A stretch of DNA of 64,000 nucleotides from Aminipila sp. Lineage in GTDB: Bacteria > Bacillota > Clostridia > Peptostreptococcales > Anaerovoracaceae. Made by a program: the position numbers and the translations under genes. This document shows positions 53,068 to 62,408 of the stretch, one piece after another (the stretch's first letter is position 1; each line of letters begins with the position of its first letter). A model generated the notes under the pieces. The model made no database searches, had not been told where the DNA came from, and saw nothing but the letters and a program-made list of their open reading frames with translations. The DNA is taken from the NCBI RefSeq assembly GCF_032051575.1, contig NZ_DAMBYD010000005.1, forward strand, positions 153,528 through 217,527, in the 5' to 3' direction.

Positions 53068-54210
53068 TTATTCTAAATAATCCTTTAACTTTTTACTTCT
53101 TGAAGGATGTCTAAGTTTTCTTAAAGCTTTTGCCTCAATCTGTCTGATTCTTTCTCTTGTAACATCAAATCTCTTTCCTACTTCTTCAAGAGTTCTTGCT
53201 CTACCATCTTCAAGACCAAAACGTAATTTTAAAACTTTTTGCTCTCTTTCAGTTAAAGTATCAAGTACTTCCACAAGTTGTTCTTTCAGCATAGAAAAAG
53301 CTGCTGCTTCAGCAGGTGCTGGAACATCCTCATCTGGGATAAAATCTCCAAGATGACTATCCTCTTCTTCACCAATAGGGGTTTCAAGTGATACCGGCTC
53401 TTGAGCAATCTTTAAGATTTCTCGAACCTTTTCCTCGGAAATATCCATTTCTTTTGCAATTTCTTCTGGAGAAGGTTCTCTGCCATATTCCTGAAGCAAT
53501 TGTCTTGATATACGAATCAACTTATTAATCGTTTCAACCATGTGGACGGGAATACGTATTGTTCTTGCCTGATCCGCAATAGACCTTGTAATTGCCTGTC
53601 TAATCCACCAAGTAGCATAAGTACTGAATTTATATCCTTTTCTCCAGTCAAACTTATCTACAGCTTTAATTAATCCAAGATTCCCTTCCTGAATAAGGTC
53701 AAGGAAAAGCATACCTCTTCCTACATAACGTTTTGCAATACTTACAACTAGCCTTAAGTTCGCTTCGCAAAGTCTCTTTTTTGCTTCATCATCACCTTGC
53801 TCCATTCTTTTAGCAAGTTCAATTTCTTCATCAGCTGAAAGTAGTGGGACTTTGCCTATCTCCTTTAAATACATTCTTACCGGATCATCTACCGCAATTC
53901 CTTTAGGCAAAGTAGCTTCTAAATCAATTTCACTAGAATCATCAGATACTGAGATTATATCAACATCATCATTTTCATCTTGTTCTATAGAAAGAAGCTC
54001 AAATTCATCAGGATCAACCTCCGATATTATTTCTATTCCCATAGCAGTAAGTGAATCGTAAATTTCATCCATTTGATCCTTATTTAAGTCTATACCTTCT
54101 AAATAGTCTGCAACTTCCCTAAAAGATATTGACCCTTTAGCTTTTGCTTTTTCCGCAAGGTCTTGAACATAGTCCTTTTTTTCCATAGCGTTTCCTTCTT
54201 CAAAGCTCAT
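53068..54210 (-). CDS. rpoD: Primary RNA polymerase sigma factor (SigA/RpoD)
   Basis: 380 aa with regions 1.2-4.2, including the [18 protein letters not shown] and [27 protein letters not shown] motifs. ATG 54186 is an alternative start. Confidence 0.95.
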   Translation of the reverse strand: MSFEEGNAMEKKDYVQDLAEKAKAKGSISFREVADYLEGIDLNKDQMDEIYDSLTAMGIEIISEVDPDEFELLSIEQDENDDVDIISVSDDSSEIDLEATLPKGIAVDDPVRMYLKEIGKVPLLSADEEIELAKRMEQGDDEAKKRLCEANLRLVVSIAKRYVGRGMLFLDLIQEGNLGLIKAVDKFDWRKGYKFSTYATWWIRQAITRSIADQARTIRIPVHMVETINKLIRISRQLLQEYGREPSPEEIAKEMDISEEKVREILKIAQEPVSLETPIGEEEDSHLGDFIPDEDVPAPAEAAAFSMLKEQLVEVLDTLTEREQKVLKLRFGLEDGRARTLEEVGKRFDVTRERIRQIEAKALRKLRHPSRSKKLKDYLE

Positions 54211-55980
54211 TTATTTACCCCTTTCCATTTTCCTTTTTTGCAAATTCATTAGTTCTTCTGTTAATAATTTTATCATTTCCTGATTTTCTTCTTCATCGGC
54301 CATAGAAAGTCTCATCAACAATGAATTTTCTTTTTCTTTTAAGTCTTCTACTTCAATTTTATTTAAACTTTCCTGCAAAATCTGTTCTTCTTTGTCTGCC
54401 AGCTGTACATTATCAATAATATCTGATAGTACTATCATTTCATCTGTTTCCAAAGAATCCTGCAGTTTCATAACATCGAGTTCTTTCTCTTCTTTATAAA
54501 GTGAACTTACTACTGAAAAAAGCTTTTCCCCATAACTGGATTTAAAAGCATATTCAAATTGTGAAATAATTTTAAAGTATTCGTAATCAGTAATCATAAG
54601 TTTAATAAGATTCTTCTCAACCAATAACATTGAAGAATTGATTTCTTTTATCTTTTTTTCTTCTTTATCATCAAAGTGATTGTGAATTATCTGTTGTTCC
54701 TGTGTATTATTGCCATTTATTTCTAGTCTTATTGCATTTTCTGAGATTTTAATTTCAGAAGCTAGTTTTTTTATATGAATATCAGCTTCTATAGGGCTTA
54801 AATTCCTTAAAACATCCGCTGCATCCTTTAAAAAGTCAATACTTTCTTCATAGGAATCTAAATTATATTTTTTACGTAGTACTGAAATTTTATAATCTAC
54901 AAAACCTAAAGACTTATCTACCAATTCTTTGAAAGCATCCTTCCCATGTTTTTTTACAAACTCATCCGGATCTTTTCCATCAGTAACATGCAATACCTTT
55001 GGCTTACACCCCTCCTTAAATAAGATATCAATACCTCTAAGGGCTGCTGCCTGACCTGCGCTATCAGCATCATAAGATAAAACAATATTTTTTGTATATC
55101 TTCTCAGCATTTTAGCCTGATTTTCCGTCAAGGCCGTTCCTAGGGATGCACTAACATTCCTAATACCACTTTGATACAAGGATATCACATCCATATAACC
55201 CTCTACCAAAATTGCACAATTCTCTTTACTTATATCCTGTCTGCTCAGATTTAAACCATATAAATTGTTTTTTTTCATAAATACTGTACTTTCAGGTGAG
55301 TTTAAATATTTGGGAGATGAGTCATCTATTGCTCTTCCTCCAAAACCAATGACTTTACCTCTTGTATTTATAATCGGAAATATTACTCGGTTTCTAAACT
55401 TATCATAAAATCTTCCCTTGGATTCTGAAACAAGTCCAAGTTCTTTTAATATTTTAACATCAATGTTTTTTGACATAAAATATTTATAAAGGCTGTCCCA
55501 ATCTCCATCGGCATATCCTATGCCAAATTTTTTTAACGTGTTAGGCTCAATTCCTCTTTTTAACATATAAGTTAAGCCTGGATTCGAACTTTGACAGAAA
55601 GCCTTTAAAAAATATGTAGCTGCTTCTCTGTTTATTTGATAGTATAATTCTTTTTTTCCATCTTCTTTATAGTTATTCACATACTCAACGCCATATTCCT
55701 TAGCTAACTTCTCAACTGTCCCCGGAAAATCTAGATTATAATATTTCTTCACAAATTCAAAAACATCTCCAGTAGCTCCGCATCCAAAACAAGTAAAAAT
55801 CTGTTTTGTTTCAGAAACAACAAAAGAAGGCGTCTTTTCATTGTGAAACGGACAAACTCCTTTAAAATTGCTTCCCATTCGTTTCAATGAAACAACTTGT
55901 CCAATAACATCAACTATGTTACACCTGCTTTTTATCTCTTCTGTTAAATTGTCATTAAAAGAATTACTCAAATCAATCAC
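54211..55980 (-). CDS. dnaG: DNA primase
   Basis: 589 aa. The zinc finger is CPFHNEKTPSF...CFGCG. The TOPRIM motif is LVEGYMDV. Confidence 0.95.
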   Translation of the reverse strand: MIDLSNSFNDNLTEEIKSRCNIVDVIGQVVSLKRMGSNFKGVCPFHNEKTPSFVVSETKQIFTCFGCGATGDVFEFVKKYYNLDFPGTVEKLAKEYGVEYVNNYKEDGKKELYYQINREAATYFLKAFCQSSNPGLTYMLKRGIEPNTLKKFGIGYADGDWDSLYKYFMSKNIDVKILKELGLVSESKGRFYDKFRNRVIFPIINTRGKVIGFGGRAIDDSSPKYLNSPESTVFMKKNNLYGLNLSRQDISKENCAILVEGYMDVISLYQSGIRNVSASLGTALTENQAKMLRRYTKNIVLSYDADSAGQAAALRGIDILFKEGCKPKVLHVTDGKDPDEFVKKHGKDAFKELVDKSLGFVDYKISVLRKKYNLDSYEESIDFLKDAADVLRNLSPIEADIHIKKLASEIKISENAIRLEINGNNTQEQQIIHNHFDDKEEKKIKEINSSMLLVEKNLIKLMITDYEYFKIISQFEYAFKSSYGEKLFSVVSSLYKEEKELDVMKLQDSLETDEMIVLSDIIDNVQLADKEEQILQESLNKIEVEDLKEKENSLLMRLSMADEEENQEMIKLLTEELMNLQKRKMERGK

Positions 55981-56076
55981 CGTCTATTAAAGATACTGCA
56001 TAGTTATATATACGACATATTTAAGCAAATCCTTTTTTATTTTTTATTTTTTTGCTGTTTTTTTTTACTAATTAGC

Positions 56077-57087
56077 TTATTTCCATCCTTTAGGAATAAA
56101 TATTTCATTATATATGTTTAAAGCATATCTATCCGTCATTCCTGCAACATGATCTTTGACTATTTCTGCAACTCCGTACTCTTCAATCATTTCCTGCCTT
56201 TCCGCAGGCAGCAGTTCAGGGTGGTCTAGATAATAATCATACAAGGAACTTATAATTGTCTCCACTCTATGTAAATCCTCATGTCTTTTTACCTTTTCAT
56301 TGTGATAGACATTTTCAAACATATAGTTTCTCAGCTTATCCATATGTTCTTGGCAGCTATCTCCCATGGCGATTATCTGTTTATTATCACTGTTAATTAT
56401 TATATCCATTACTAGCTTATTGATTCTCGCTCTATGGGAACTTCCTAGAACATCAATGCAATCCTGAGGTAAATCATCAAGCTTTATAACCCCACTTCTG
56501 ATTGCATCATCAATGTCATGATTTATATAGGCAATTCTATCACTAAATTTAACAATTTGTCCTTCTAATGTAAATGGTCTGACTGGACCAGTATGATTTA
56601 CAATTCCATCTTTAACTTCAGCCGTAAGATTCATTCCAAATCTGCCTTTACTGCCTTCTAGTACTTCTACAACTCTTAAGCTTTGAATGTTATGCTTAAA
56701 TCCACCTGGATGTAAATTGTTTAAAATTGTCTCTCCACTATGTCCAAAAGGCGTATGTCCTAAATCATGTCCTAGAGCTATAGCTTCTGTTAAATCCTCA
56801 TTTAAGCCTAATCCTCTTGCAATTGTTCTCGCAATCTGAGAGACCTCTAATGTATGCGTTAATCTAGTTCTAAAATGGTCTCCTTCAGGCGCAAGAAAAA
56901 CCTGAGTCTTATGCATAAGCCGCCTAAAAGACTTAGAATGAACGATTCTATCTCTATCCCTTTGAAACTCTGTACGCACCTGGCACTTTTGTTCTTGTAA
57001 CGCCCTTCCTCTGGACTCCGCTGACTTAGCAGCAAAAGACGATAAGTTCTCATATTCTTTTTTTTCTAAATCTTCTCTTGTAATCAT
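56077..57087 (-). CDS. dGTPase-like deoxynucleoside triphosphate triphosphohydrolase (HD domain)
   Basis: 336 aa with FQRDRDRIVHSKSFRRL and HD motif RLTHTLEV...LGHDLGHTPFGH. Confidence 0.9.
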   Translation of the reverse strand: MITREDLEKKEYENLSSFAAKSAESRGRALQEQKCQVRTEFQRDRDRIVHSKSFRRLMHKTQVFLAPEGDHFRTRLTHTLEVSQIARTIARGLGLNEDLTEAIALGHDLGHTPFGHSGETILNNLHPGGFKHNIQSLRVVEVLEGSKGRFGMNLTAEVKDGIVNHTGPVRPFTLEGQIVKFSDRIAYINHDIDDAIRSGVIKLDDLPQDCIDVLGSSHRARINKLVMDIIINSDNKQIIAMGDSCQEHMDKLRNYMFENVYHNEKVKRHEDLHRVETIISSLYDYYLDHPELLPAERQEMIEEYGVAEIVKDHVAGMTDRYALNIYNEIFIPKGWK

Positions 57088-57133
57088 ATCACACCCACTT
57101 ACTTACAAAAAACTTTATGATTTCTCATTAAAA

Positions 57134-58135
57134 TTATAAAAATTTTCCTATTATAAAGGCTGCAATCCCACCTAAACACATGGTAATTGGCAATGTTACA
57201 ATCCATGCAGTTACAATGCTTTCTGCAATGCCCCATTTGACAGCTGATTTTCTTTTAACACTGCCTGCACCCATAATAGCAGTAGTAATAACTTGGGTTG
57301 TACTAACAGGAGCACCAAAAGCTGACATAGTTTCAATAACTAGTGCTGCACCTGTTTGTGCGGCAAATCCACTGGCAGGCTGTAGTTTAGTTACACCACC
57401 ACCCATAGTTTTCATAATTTTCCAGCCTCCAATTGAAGTACCAAAGGCCATTGTTGTCGCACAAGCCAATTTTACCCAGAGTGGAATTCCGCTGTTGCTA
57501 TCTAAAACGCCTCCAGTTATTAATGCAAGGGTCATAATACCCATTGTTTTTTGAGCATCATTATTTCCATGAGAATATGCAATAAGTGCCGCTGATAAAA
57601 TCTGTAACTTTAAGAATAATTTATTAACCCTTCCTTGAGACCAATTTACAAAAGCAATAAAAATAAATTTCATAAATAGGAATCCAAATAAAAACCCTAT
57701 AATTGGAGAAGTGAATAATGGAATAATTACTTTTTCCAAAACACCAGACCAAACAACATGTTGTAAAGATGATGTATAAACAATAGTTGCACCTAATAAT
57801 CCACCAATCAATGCATGTGACGAGCTACTTGGAATTCCTTTCCACCAAGTTATAAGGTTCCAGATAATAGCCCCTATTAAAGCAGACAGTATAACGTATT
57901 GTTCTAACTCAATATTTACTAACCCTTTAGAGATCGTTAGTGCAACTTTTTCACTTACTAATGCACCACAAAAATTCATGATAGCTGCAAGCAGAATAGC
58001 TTCTTTCGCTGTTAAGGCTCTTGTATATACAGAAGTTGCAATTGCATTTGCCGTGTCGTGGAACCCATTAATAAACTCAAATATTAATGAAAACACTATA
58101 ACACATATTAGTATGCCACTAAGCCCACTAAGCAT
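57134..58135 (-). CDS. Inorganic phosphate transporter, PiT family
   Basis: 333 aa. GFHDTANAIATSV and the repeated GNDAQKTMGI are PiT signatures. Confidence 0.9.
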   Translation of the reverse strand: MLSGLSGILICVIVFSLIFEFINGFHDTANAIATSVYTRALTAKEAILLAAIMNFCGALVSEKVALTISKGLVNIELEQYVILSALIGAIIWNLITWWKGIPSSSSHALIGGLLGATIVYTSSLQHVVWSGVLEKVIIPLFTSPIIGFLFGFLFMKFIFIAFVNWSQGRVNKLFLKLQILSAALIAYSHGNNDAQKTMGIMTLALITGGVLDSNSGIPLWVKLACATTMAFGTSIGGWKIMKTMGGGVTKLQPASGFAAQTGAALVIETMSAFGAPVSTTQVITTAIMGAGSVKRKSAVKWGIAESIVTAWIVTLPITMCLGGIAAFIIGKFL

Positions 58136-58751
58136 ATTTCATTACCACACCTTCCATGATATTTGCTACATTTTCACAAGAGTCAAGGCTTGCTTCTAGC
58201 TCTTCAAATAAGTGTTTCCACTTTATTAATTCAATAGGATCTTTTTCTTCTCTAAATAGTTTAGCCAATGCTTTTCTGTAGATTACATCACCTTCGTTTT
58301 CTATTCTGTTAACCTCAATAATCTGTTCTCTTACAATTTGATTTTTTTTCATTTCTGAAAGATGTTTAAATAATACATCTAATTCTCTTATGCTCTGCAT
58401 AATCAAATCTGCCATATATACAGCTTCAGGTTTGACAGCATGTACATTAAAAACTAAAAATCTGTTAGCAACTTCTTCTAATGAATCTACAATGTCATCC
58501 ATTTCCCTTGTAACAGAATAGATGTCTTCTCTGTCAAAAGGGGTAACAAATGAACCGTTTAAAGCTTTAAGGATTTTATGAGCTTCCATGTCACATTCTG
58601 TTTCTAAAACCTTTATAGAAGATACTTTGTCCTCAACCTCCTCATAGTTTTTTACTAAATCCACAAAAGATTCTCCAGCTTTTACAATTTTTTCGGCATA
58701 CTCTATAAATAATTTATAAAAAATATCCTCTTTCCTCTTTGCTGTAAGCAT
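58128..58751 (-). CDS. DUF47 (YkaA/PhoU-like) phosphate transport regulator
   Basis: 207-aa helical protein. Segments FVTPFDREDI and NVANIMEGVVMKY are typical of DUF47. It overlaps the PiT start by 8 nt. Confidence 0.85.
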   Translation of the reverse strand: MLTAKRKEDIFYKLFIEYAEKIVKAGESFVDLVKNYEEVEDKVSSIKVLETECDMEAHKILKALNGSFVTPFDREDIYSVTREMDDIVDSLEEVANRFLVFNVHAVKPEAVYMADLIMQSIRELDVLFKHLSEMKKNQIVREQIIEVNRIENEGDVIYRKALAKLFREEKDPIELIKWKHLFEELEASLDSCENVANIMEGVVMKYA

Positions 58752-58816
58752 GATTTCCTCACTTTCATTATAATAGTTAAATTTATTACAAACATATAAA
58801 ATTTATCTCTATCTTA

Positions 58817-58869
58817 ATTATACGCTAAAAAGTGTAGTTTCTGTTAAGGCAATGTTAAATAACTGTAAA
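58817..58869 (-). promoter_or_regulatory. Pho-box-like promoter of the DUF47-PiT operon
   Basis: The minus strand reads TTTACA-N5-TTAACA-N5-TTAACA-N5-TACACT-N8-TATAAT. Four hexamers at 11-bp phase replace a -35 element, matching the Bacillus PhoP TT(A/T/C)ACA repeat pattern. Confidence 0.5.
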
Positions 58870-58921
58870 AAACATGTAAATTAGGCCTAATAAGGCCTTA
58901 TTTATATCTTTTTTATAAAAT

Positions 58922-59107
58922 TCATAATTGTTTTTGAATGGTATTTCCAAGTTCTTCATTTATAAGCTTCAAACATTCAATAACTTTTTCCTGAACATCA
59001 TCACTAATAAACATTAAACTTTCTACCAAATTATAAATTAATGCTTCTTTATCTGCTGTACTAAAAGATTTAAGACTTTCATTTGCCTGCTGGTATACCA
59101 TTTCCAT
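58922..59107 (-). CDS. 61-aa ORF resembling the catalase C-terminal (catalase-related) helical domain, translationally coupled to the upstream catalase-core ORF
   Basis: MEMVYQQANESLKSFSTADKEALIYNLVESLMFISDDVQEKVIECLKLINEELGNTIQKQL. The ATG 59105-59107 lies 7 nt after AAGGAGG and 4 nt after the TAA of the preceding ORF. The track ORF (to 59149) starts further upstream in the overlap. Confidence 0.5.
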   Translation of the reverse strand: MEMVYQQANESLKSFSTADKEALIYNLVESLMFISDDVQEKVIECLKLINEELGNTIQKQL

Positions 59108-59111
59108 TACA

Positions 59112-60059
59112 TTACCTCCTTCTATTTCTCCACCCATCGTCATGAGCAAAACACATAAGAGCTAAAAGTTCATCATTTGGTATTTCTATTCCTGGCACAA
59201 TATTTGATGGACTGAAATAACACATTTCAACTTCATCATGGAAATCTGATGGTAACCGATTTAAAGTAAGTTTTCCCACTTTGATATGAGGGCATGCACG
59301 TTCAGGCCATATTATAGTTTTATTTAAAATATCAAAATGAAATTCTTTTGCAGCATTTTCTGGAATAAGTTGTACTGATAACTCATATTCAGGGTAAATC
59401 TCGCCTTCAATAGCATTATATAAATCATTGGTTAAAGCATCAGGATCATATCCTGCTAAGAACTCTGCTTCTTGAGCTGAAATATTTTTATTCCCCATAA
59501 GTGGCAGCCACTGATATCTTACATAAAAAGTCTTGTCGTCTTGATTTCGCCATACGTATGTATTCACGCTGTATGACTCCATATATCTATAACTTTTTAT
59601 AGTCCCTTTATTGGTAAAAAGCCACATAATCAAATGAAAAGATTCTGGATTATTGGCCATAAATTCCCAAAACCTCTGTCTATCATGAGACAAACCATTT
59701 TCTGGACGTAACGCATGATATAAATCTGAAAATTTTCCAGCTTCGTTTATGAAAAAGATAGGCATGTTCTGACATAATAAATCATAGTCTCCACCTTCTG
59801 TAAAAAACTTTACAGACATGCCTCTTATATCTCTAGCAGTTTCTGCCGAGCCCCTTCGTCCAAGCGCTCTGGAAAATCGAACAAAAACTTCCGTAGAGCC
59901 TTCCATTTTATTTAAAAAATCTGCTTTTGTGTAGTCGGAAAATGGCATATAAAGATTAAATTCGCCATAAGCCCCTACACCTTTTTCATGAAATAACCGT
60001 TCTGGCGTCATTTCCCTGTTCATTTCAGCCAGTTTATTGAATAAAAGAAAATCTGTCAC
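59112..60059 (-). CDS. Truncated catalase-core-like protein lacking the proximal Tyr/Arg heme-ligand signature (possible relic or neofunctionalised)
   Basis: 315 aa, colinear with monofunctional catalase. It has NREMTPERLFHEKGVGAYGEF (distal His kept), VRFSRALGRRGSAETARDIRGMSVKFFT and CQNMPIFFINE (distal Asn kept). It ends MCFAHDDGW, where catalases have R-x-F-x-Y-x-D. The start is GTG with a GGGGTGG SD. Confidence 0.65.
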   Translation of the reverse strand: MTDFLLFNKLAEMNREMTPERLFHEKGVGAYGEFNLYMPFSDYTKADFLNKMEGSTEVFVRFSRALGRRGSAETARDIRGMSVKFFTEGGDYDLLCQNMPIFFINEAGKFSDLYHALRPENGLSHDRQRFWEFMANNPESFHLIMWLFTNKGTIKSYRYMESYSVNTYVWRNQDDKTFYVRYQWLPLMGNKNISAQEAEFLAGYDPDALTNDLYNAIEGEIYPEYELSVQLIPENAAKEFHFDILNKTIIWPERACPHIKVGKLTLNRLPSDFHDEVEMCYFSPSNIVPGIEIPNDELLALMCFAHDDGWRNRRR

Positions 60060-60110
60060 AATACCACCCCATTATGTAATAGTATATGCAGCAGACCCTA
60101 TTTTGTTTAT

Positions 60111-60140
60111 AATGACCTATCCCAATTTATGAAGTAAATT
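60111..60140. repeat. Copy 1 of a 30-nt direct repeat containing a hairpin
   Basis: AATGACCTATCCCAATTTATGAAGTAAATT, with hairpin AATTTAT-GAA-GTAAATT. Confidence 0.6.
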
Positions 60141-60197
60141 GATGGAAGGTCAGATGCTGAAAAATCATGAACTCTAGTTCATAGAGTTTTATCGTAA

Positions 60198-60227
60198 AAT
60201 GACCTATCCCAATTTGCGAAGCAAATT
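60198..60227. repeat. Copy 2 of the 30-nt direct repeat; it abuts and overlaps the cbiC stop codon
   Basis: AATGACCTATCCCAATTTGCGAAGCAAATT has 27/30 identity to copy 1. All three differences lie in the hairpin stem, and both copies still fold (AATTTGC-GAA-GCAAATT). Confidence 0.6.
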
Positions 60228-60867
60228 ACAACTTGCCATCACGCATCATATATAGTACTGCATTGCAGATTGCAGCTGCTACATTACTGCCGCCCTTCCT
60301 GCCTGCTGCTACAATGTATGGCATCTGGGATGACATGATTAATTCTTTAGATTCTACTACATTTACAAATCCAACAGGAACGCCAATTACTGCCTCGGGG
60401 ATTACTTTTTCCTCGCTAAATAGTTCATATAAACGCACCAGTGCTGTAGGTGCATTGCCAATTGCAAAAATTATAGGCCTTTCTAATAAAGAGGCTTTAT
60501 CCATAGAAGCAGTCGCTCTGGTTGTTCCATTTTCTTTTGCTGTTTTTGCCACATCTTCATCCGACATATAGCAGAACACCTCACCACCAAAAGTCTTTAA
60601 AAGCTTTTTATTGATTCCTGATTTAGCCATCTGCGTATCAGTAACTATACAAGCACCACGGCGGATAGCCTCCGCTATCTTAATTACAACACCTTCAGAG
60701 AACTGCATGTTATCATAATAATCAAAGTCAGCTGAAGTGTGAATAACCCTCTTTACTATAGGTGCTAAATCTTCAGGTATCTTTCTGTCTCCTAGTTCTT
60801 CTGTAATGATTTCAAAACTACGTTTTTCTATATCAGCTGGTAATACTTTTTGTAATTCTATCTTCAT
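60226..60867 (-). CDS. cbiC: Precorrin-8X / cobalt-precorrin-8 methylmutase
   Basis: 213 aa with segments EKRSFEIITEELG...VKRVIHTSADFDY...FAIGNAPTAL, typical of CbiC/CobH. Confidence 0.9.
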   Translation of the reverse strand: MKIELQKVLPADIEKRSFEIITEELGDRKIPEDLAPIVKRVIHTSADFDYYDNMQFSEGVVIKIAEAIRRGACIVTDTQMAKSGINKKLLKTFGGEVFCYMSDEDVAKTAKENGTTRATASMDKASLLERPIIFAIGNAPTALVRLYELFSEEKVIPEAVIGVPVGFVNVVESKELIMSSQMPYIVAAGRKGGSNVAAAICNAVLYMMRDGKL

Positions 60868-60868
60868 C

Positions 60869-62395
60869 TTAAACTCCTTCGTTTAATATTCTGTAAATAG
60901 CTTCAATATCCATGTTTTCACGAAGCCCATCTGCAAGTAAGTCATACTGTCTTTCTTTATATGCTTTCACATCAAGACCTGAAACCGCTGATTCATCAAG
61001 TCCCTTATTTTTAAGTAACACTGAAACTATAGTTTTTACTACATTTTCTTTATCAAAAACGCCATGGATGTATGAACCATATACATTATCTTTATATAGC
61101 CCGGCCATTTCATTAGCCCCATCACCAGAAATCTCTGTTATTCTAGTTAAACTACTTATAGCACCCTGTTCTGATGCTTCCACTGTAGATTGCCCCATAT
61201 GTATTTCATAGCCTTCTATTTCTACTCCCTCAAGTGCTGCAAAATACCCTTTACCATTTGTTACAAAGTGACCTTTTATCTGAGTCCTTGTTTTTTCTTT
61301 CTCAAATACAGTAGTAGAAGGTAATAAACCCATGCCCTTCAAGCTGCCACCATGTTCTACATTATACGGGTCTTCCAGCTGTCTGCCAAGCATTTGAAAA
61401 CCGCCGCAAATGCCAAACACAGGCTTTCCTGATGATGCATGCTTTATAATTGCAGTTTCAAGACCACATTGACGCATCCAGAGTAAATCTTCCATCGTAT
61501 TTTTAGTCCCTGGTATAATAATTAAATCAGGATTTCCAAGCTGCCCTACCGACTCAACATATCTTAGACTGACAGCATCTGAGTATTCAAATACATTAAA
61601 GTCTGTAAAGTTTGATATTCTAGGCAGTCTGATAACCGCAATATCAATTAATGCCACCTTATCCTTGCGGGTGAATCTTTCTGTAAGGCTGTCCTCGTCA
61701 TCTATATCTACATGGAGATAAGGCACAACACCAACTGTAGGCACATGTATAATATCCTCAAGCATATCAAGTCCAGGCTGAAGTATAGTCTTGTCTCCTC
61801 TAAACTTGTTAATAATTGTTCCTTTAACCATAGCTCTGTCTTCTTCACTAAATAGGGTCATCGTACCAACTAAAGAAGCAAATACGCCGCCTCTGTCTAT
61901 ATCACCTGCAAGAAGCACAGGAGCTTTAGCAAGTTTGGCCATATACATATTTACTATGTCATTTTCCTGAAGGTTTATTTCTGCAGGACTGCCTGCACCC
62001 TCCAGAACAATAATATCATATTGTGATGCCAGTTTATCATAAGCTTTTTTTATTTCAGGAACCATATCACGCTTATGTTGATAATATTCCTTGGCATTCA
62101 TATTACTGTAAACCTCACCATTTACAATAACCTGAGAAGCCATATCATTTGTAGGTTTTAAAAGAATTGGGTTCATAAGTACAGATGGCTCTATCCCAGC
62201 CGCCTCAGCCTGCACCACTTGAGCTCTGCCCATTTCAAGACCTTCTTTTGTAATAAAAGAATTTAAAGCCATATTTTGAGATTTAAAAGGTGCTACTGAA
62301 TATCCGTCCTGCTTAAATAGTCTACATAATCCTGCAACCAGTAAACTCTTGCCTGCATTTGACATTGTTCCTTGAACCATTATTGCCTTTGCCAT
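60869..62395 (-). CDS. cbiP: Cobyric acid synthase
   Basis: 508 aa. The N-terminus is [21 protein letters not shown]. The C-terminal GATase1 region has ICGGFQMLG and the YEIHMG motif. Confidence 0.95.
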   Translation of the reverse strand: MAKAIMVQGTMSNAGKSLLVAGLCRLFKQDGYSVAPFKSQNMALNSFITKEGLEMGRAQVVQAEAAGIEPSVLMNPILLKPTNDMASQVIVNGEVYSNMNAKEYYQHKRDMVPEIKKAYDKLASQYDIIVLEGAGSPAEINLQENDIVNMYMAKLAKAPVLLAGDIDRGGVFASLVGTMTLFSEEDRAMVKGTIINKFRGDKTILQPGLDMLEDIIHVPTVGVVPYLHVDIDDEDSLTERFTRKDKVALIDIAVIRLPRISNFTDFNVFEYSDAVSLRYVESVGQLGNPDLIIIPGTKNTMEDLLWMRQCGLETAIIKHASSGKPVFGICGGFQMLGRQLEDPYNVEHGGSLKGMGLLPSTTVFEKEKTRTQIKGHFVTNGKGYFAALEGVEIEGYEIHMGQSTVEASEQGAISSLTRITEISGDGANEMAGLYKDNVYGSYIHGVFDKENVVKTIVSVLLKNKGLDESAVSGLDVKAYKERQYDLLADGLRENMDIEAIYRILNEGV

Positions 62396-62408
62396 AAAAA
62401 ACCTCCAT

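Noticed and set aside
58883-58898. AGGCCT-AATA-AGGCCT hairpin as the terminator of the catalase-like ORFs
   Set aside because: The stem is only 6 bp. On the minus strand the T run is separated from it by about 10 nt. It also lies next to the Pho-box array, so it is too weak to annotate as a terminator.
58922-60059. Treating the catalase locus as a simple single-frameshift pseudogene
   Set aside because: A single frameshift cannot restore a normal catalase. About 85 aa are missing between the two ORFs, the N-terminus is short, and the proximal Arg/Tyr are substituted within the intact frame. The junction has a strong SD and ATG in coupling distance. It is therefore reported as two ORFs with an open question rather than as one pseudogene, although decay remains possible.
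60141-60178. 11-codon ORF (MEGQMLKNHEL) between the two 30-nt repeats, and a 5-codon ORF (MKPIS) in the OPT leader at about 36925
   Set aside because: Neither has a convincing SD. They are too short to evaluate, and nothing beyond an ATG and a stop codon supports translation.
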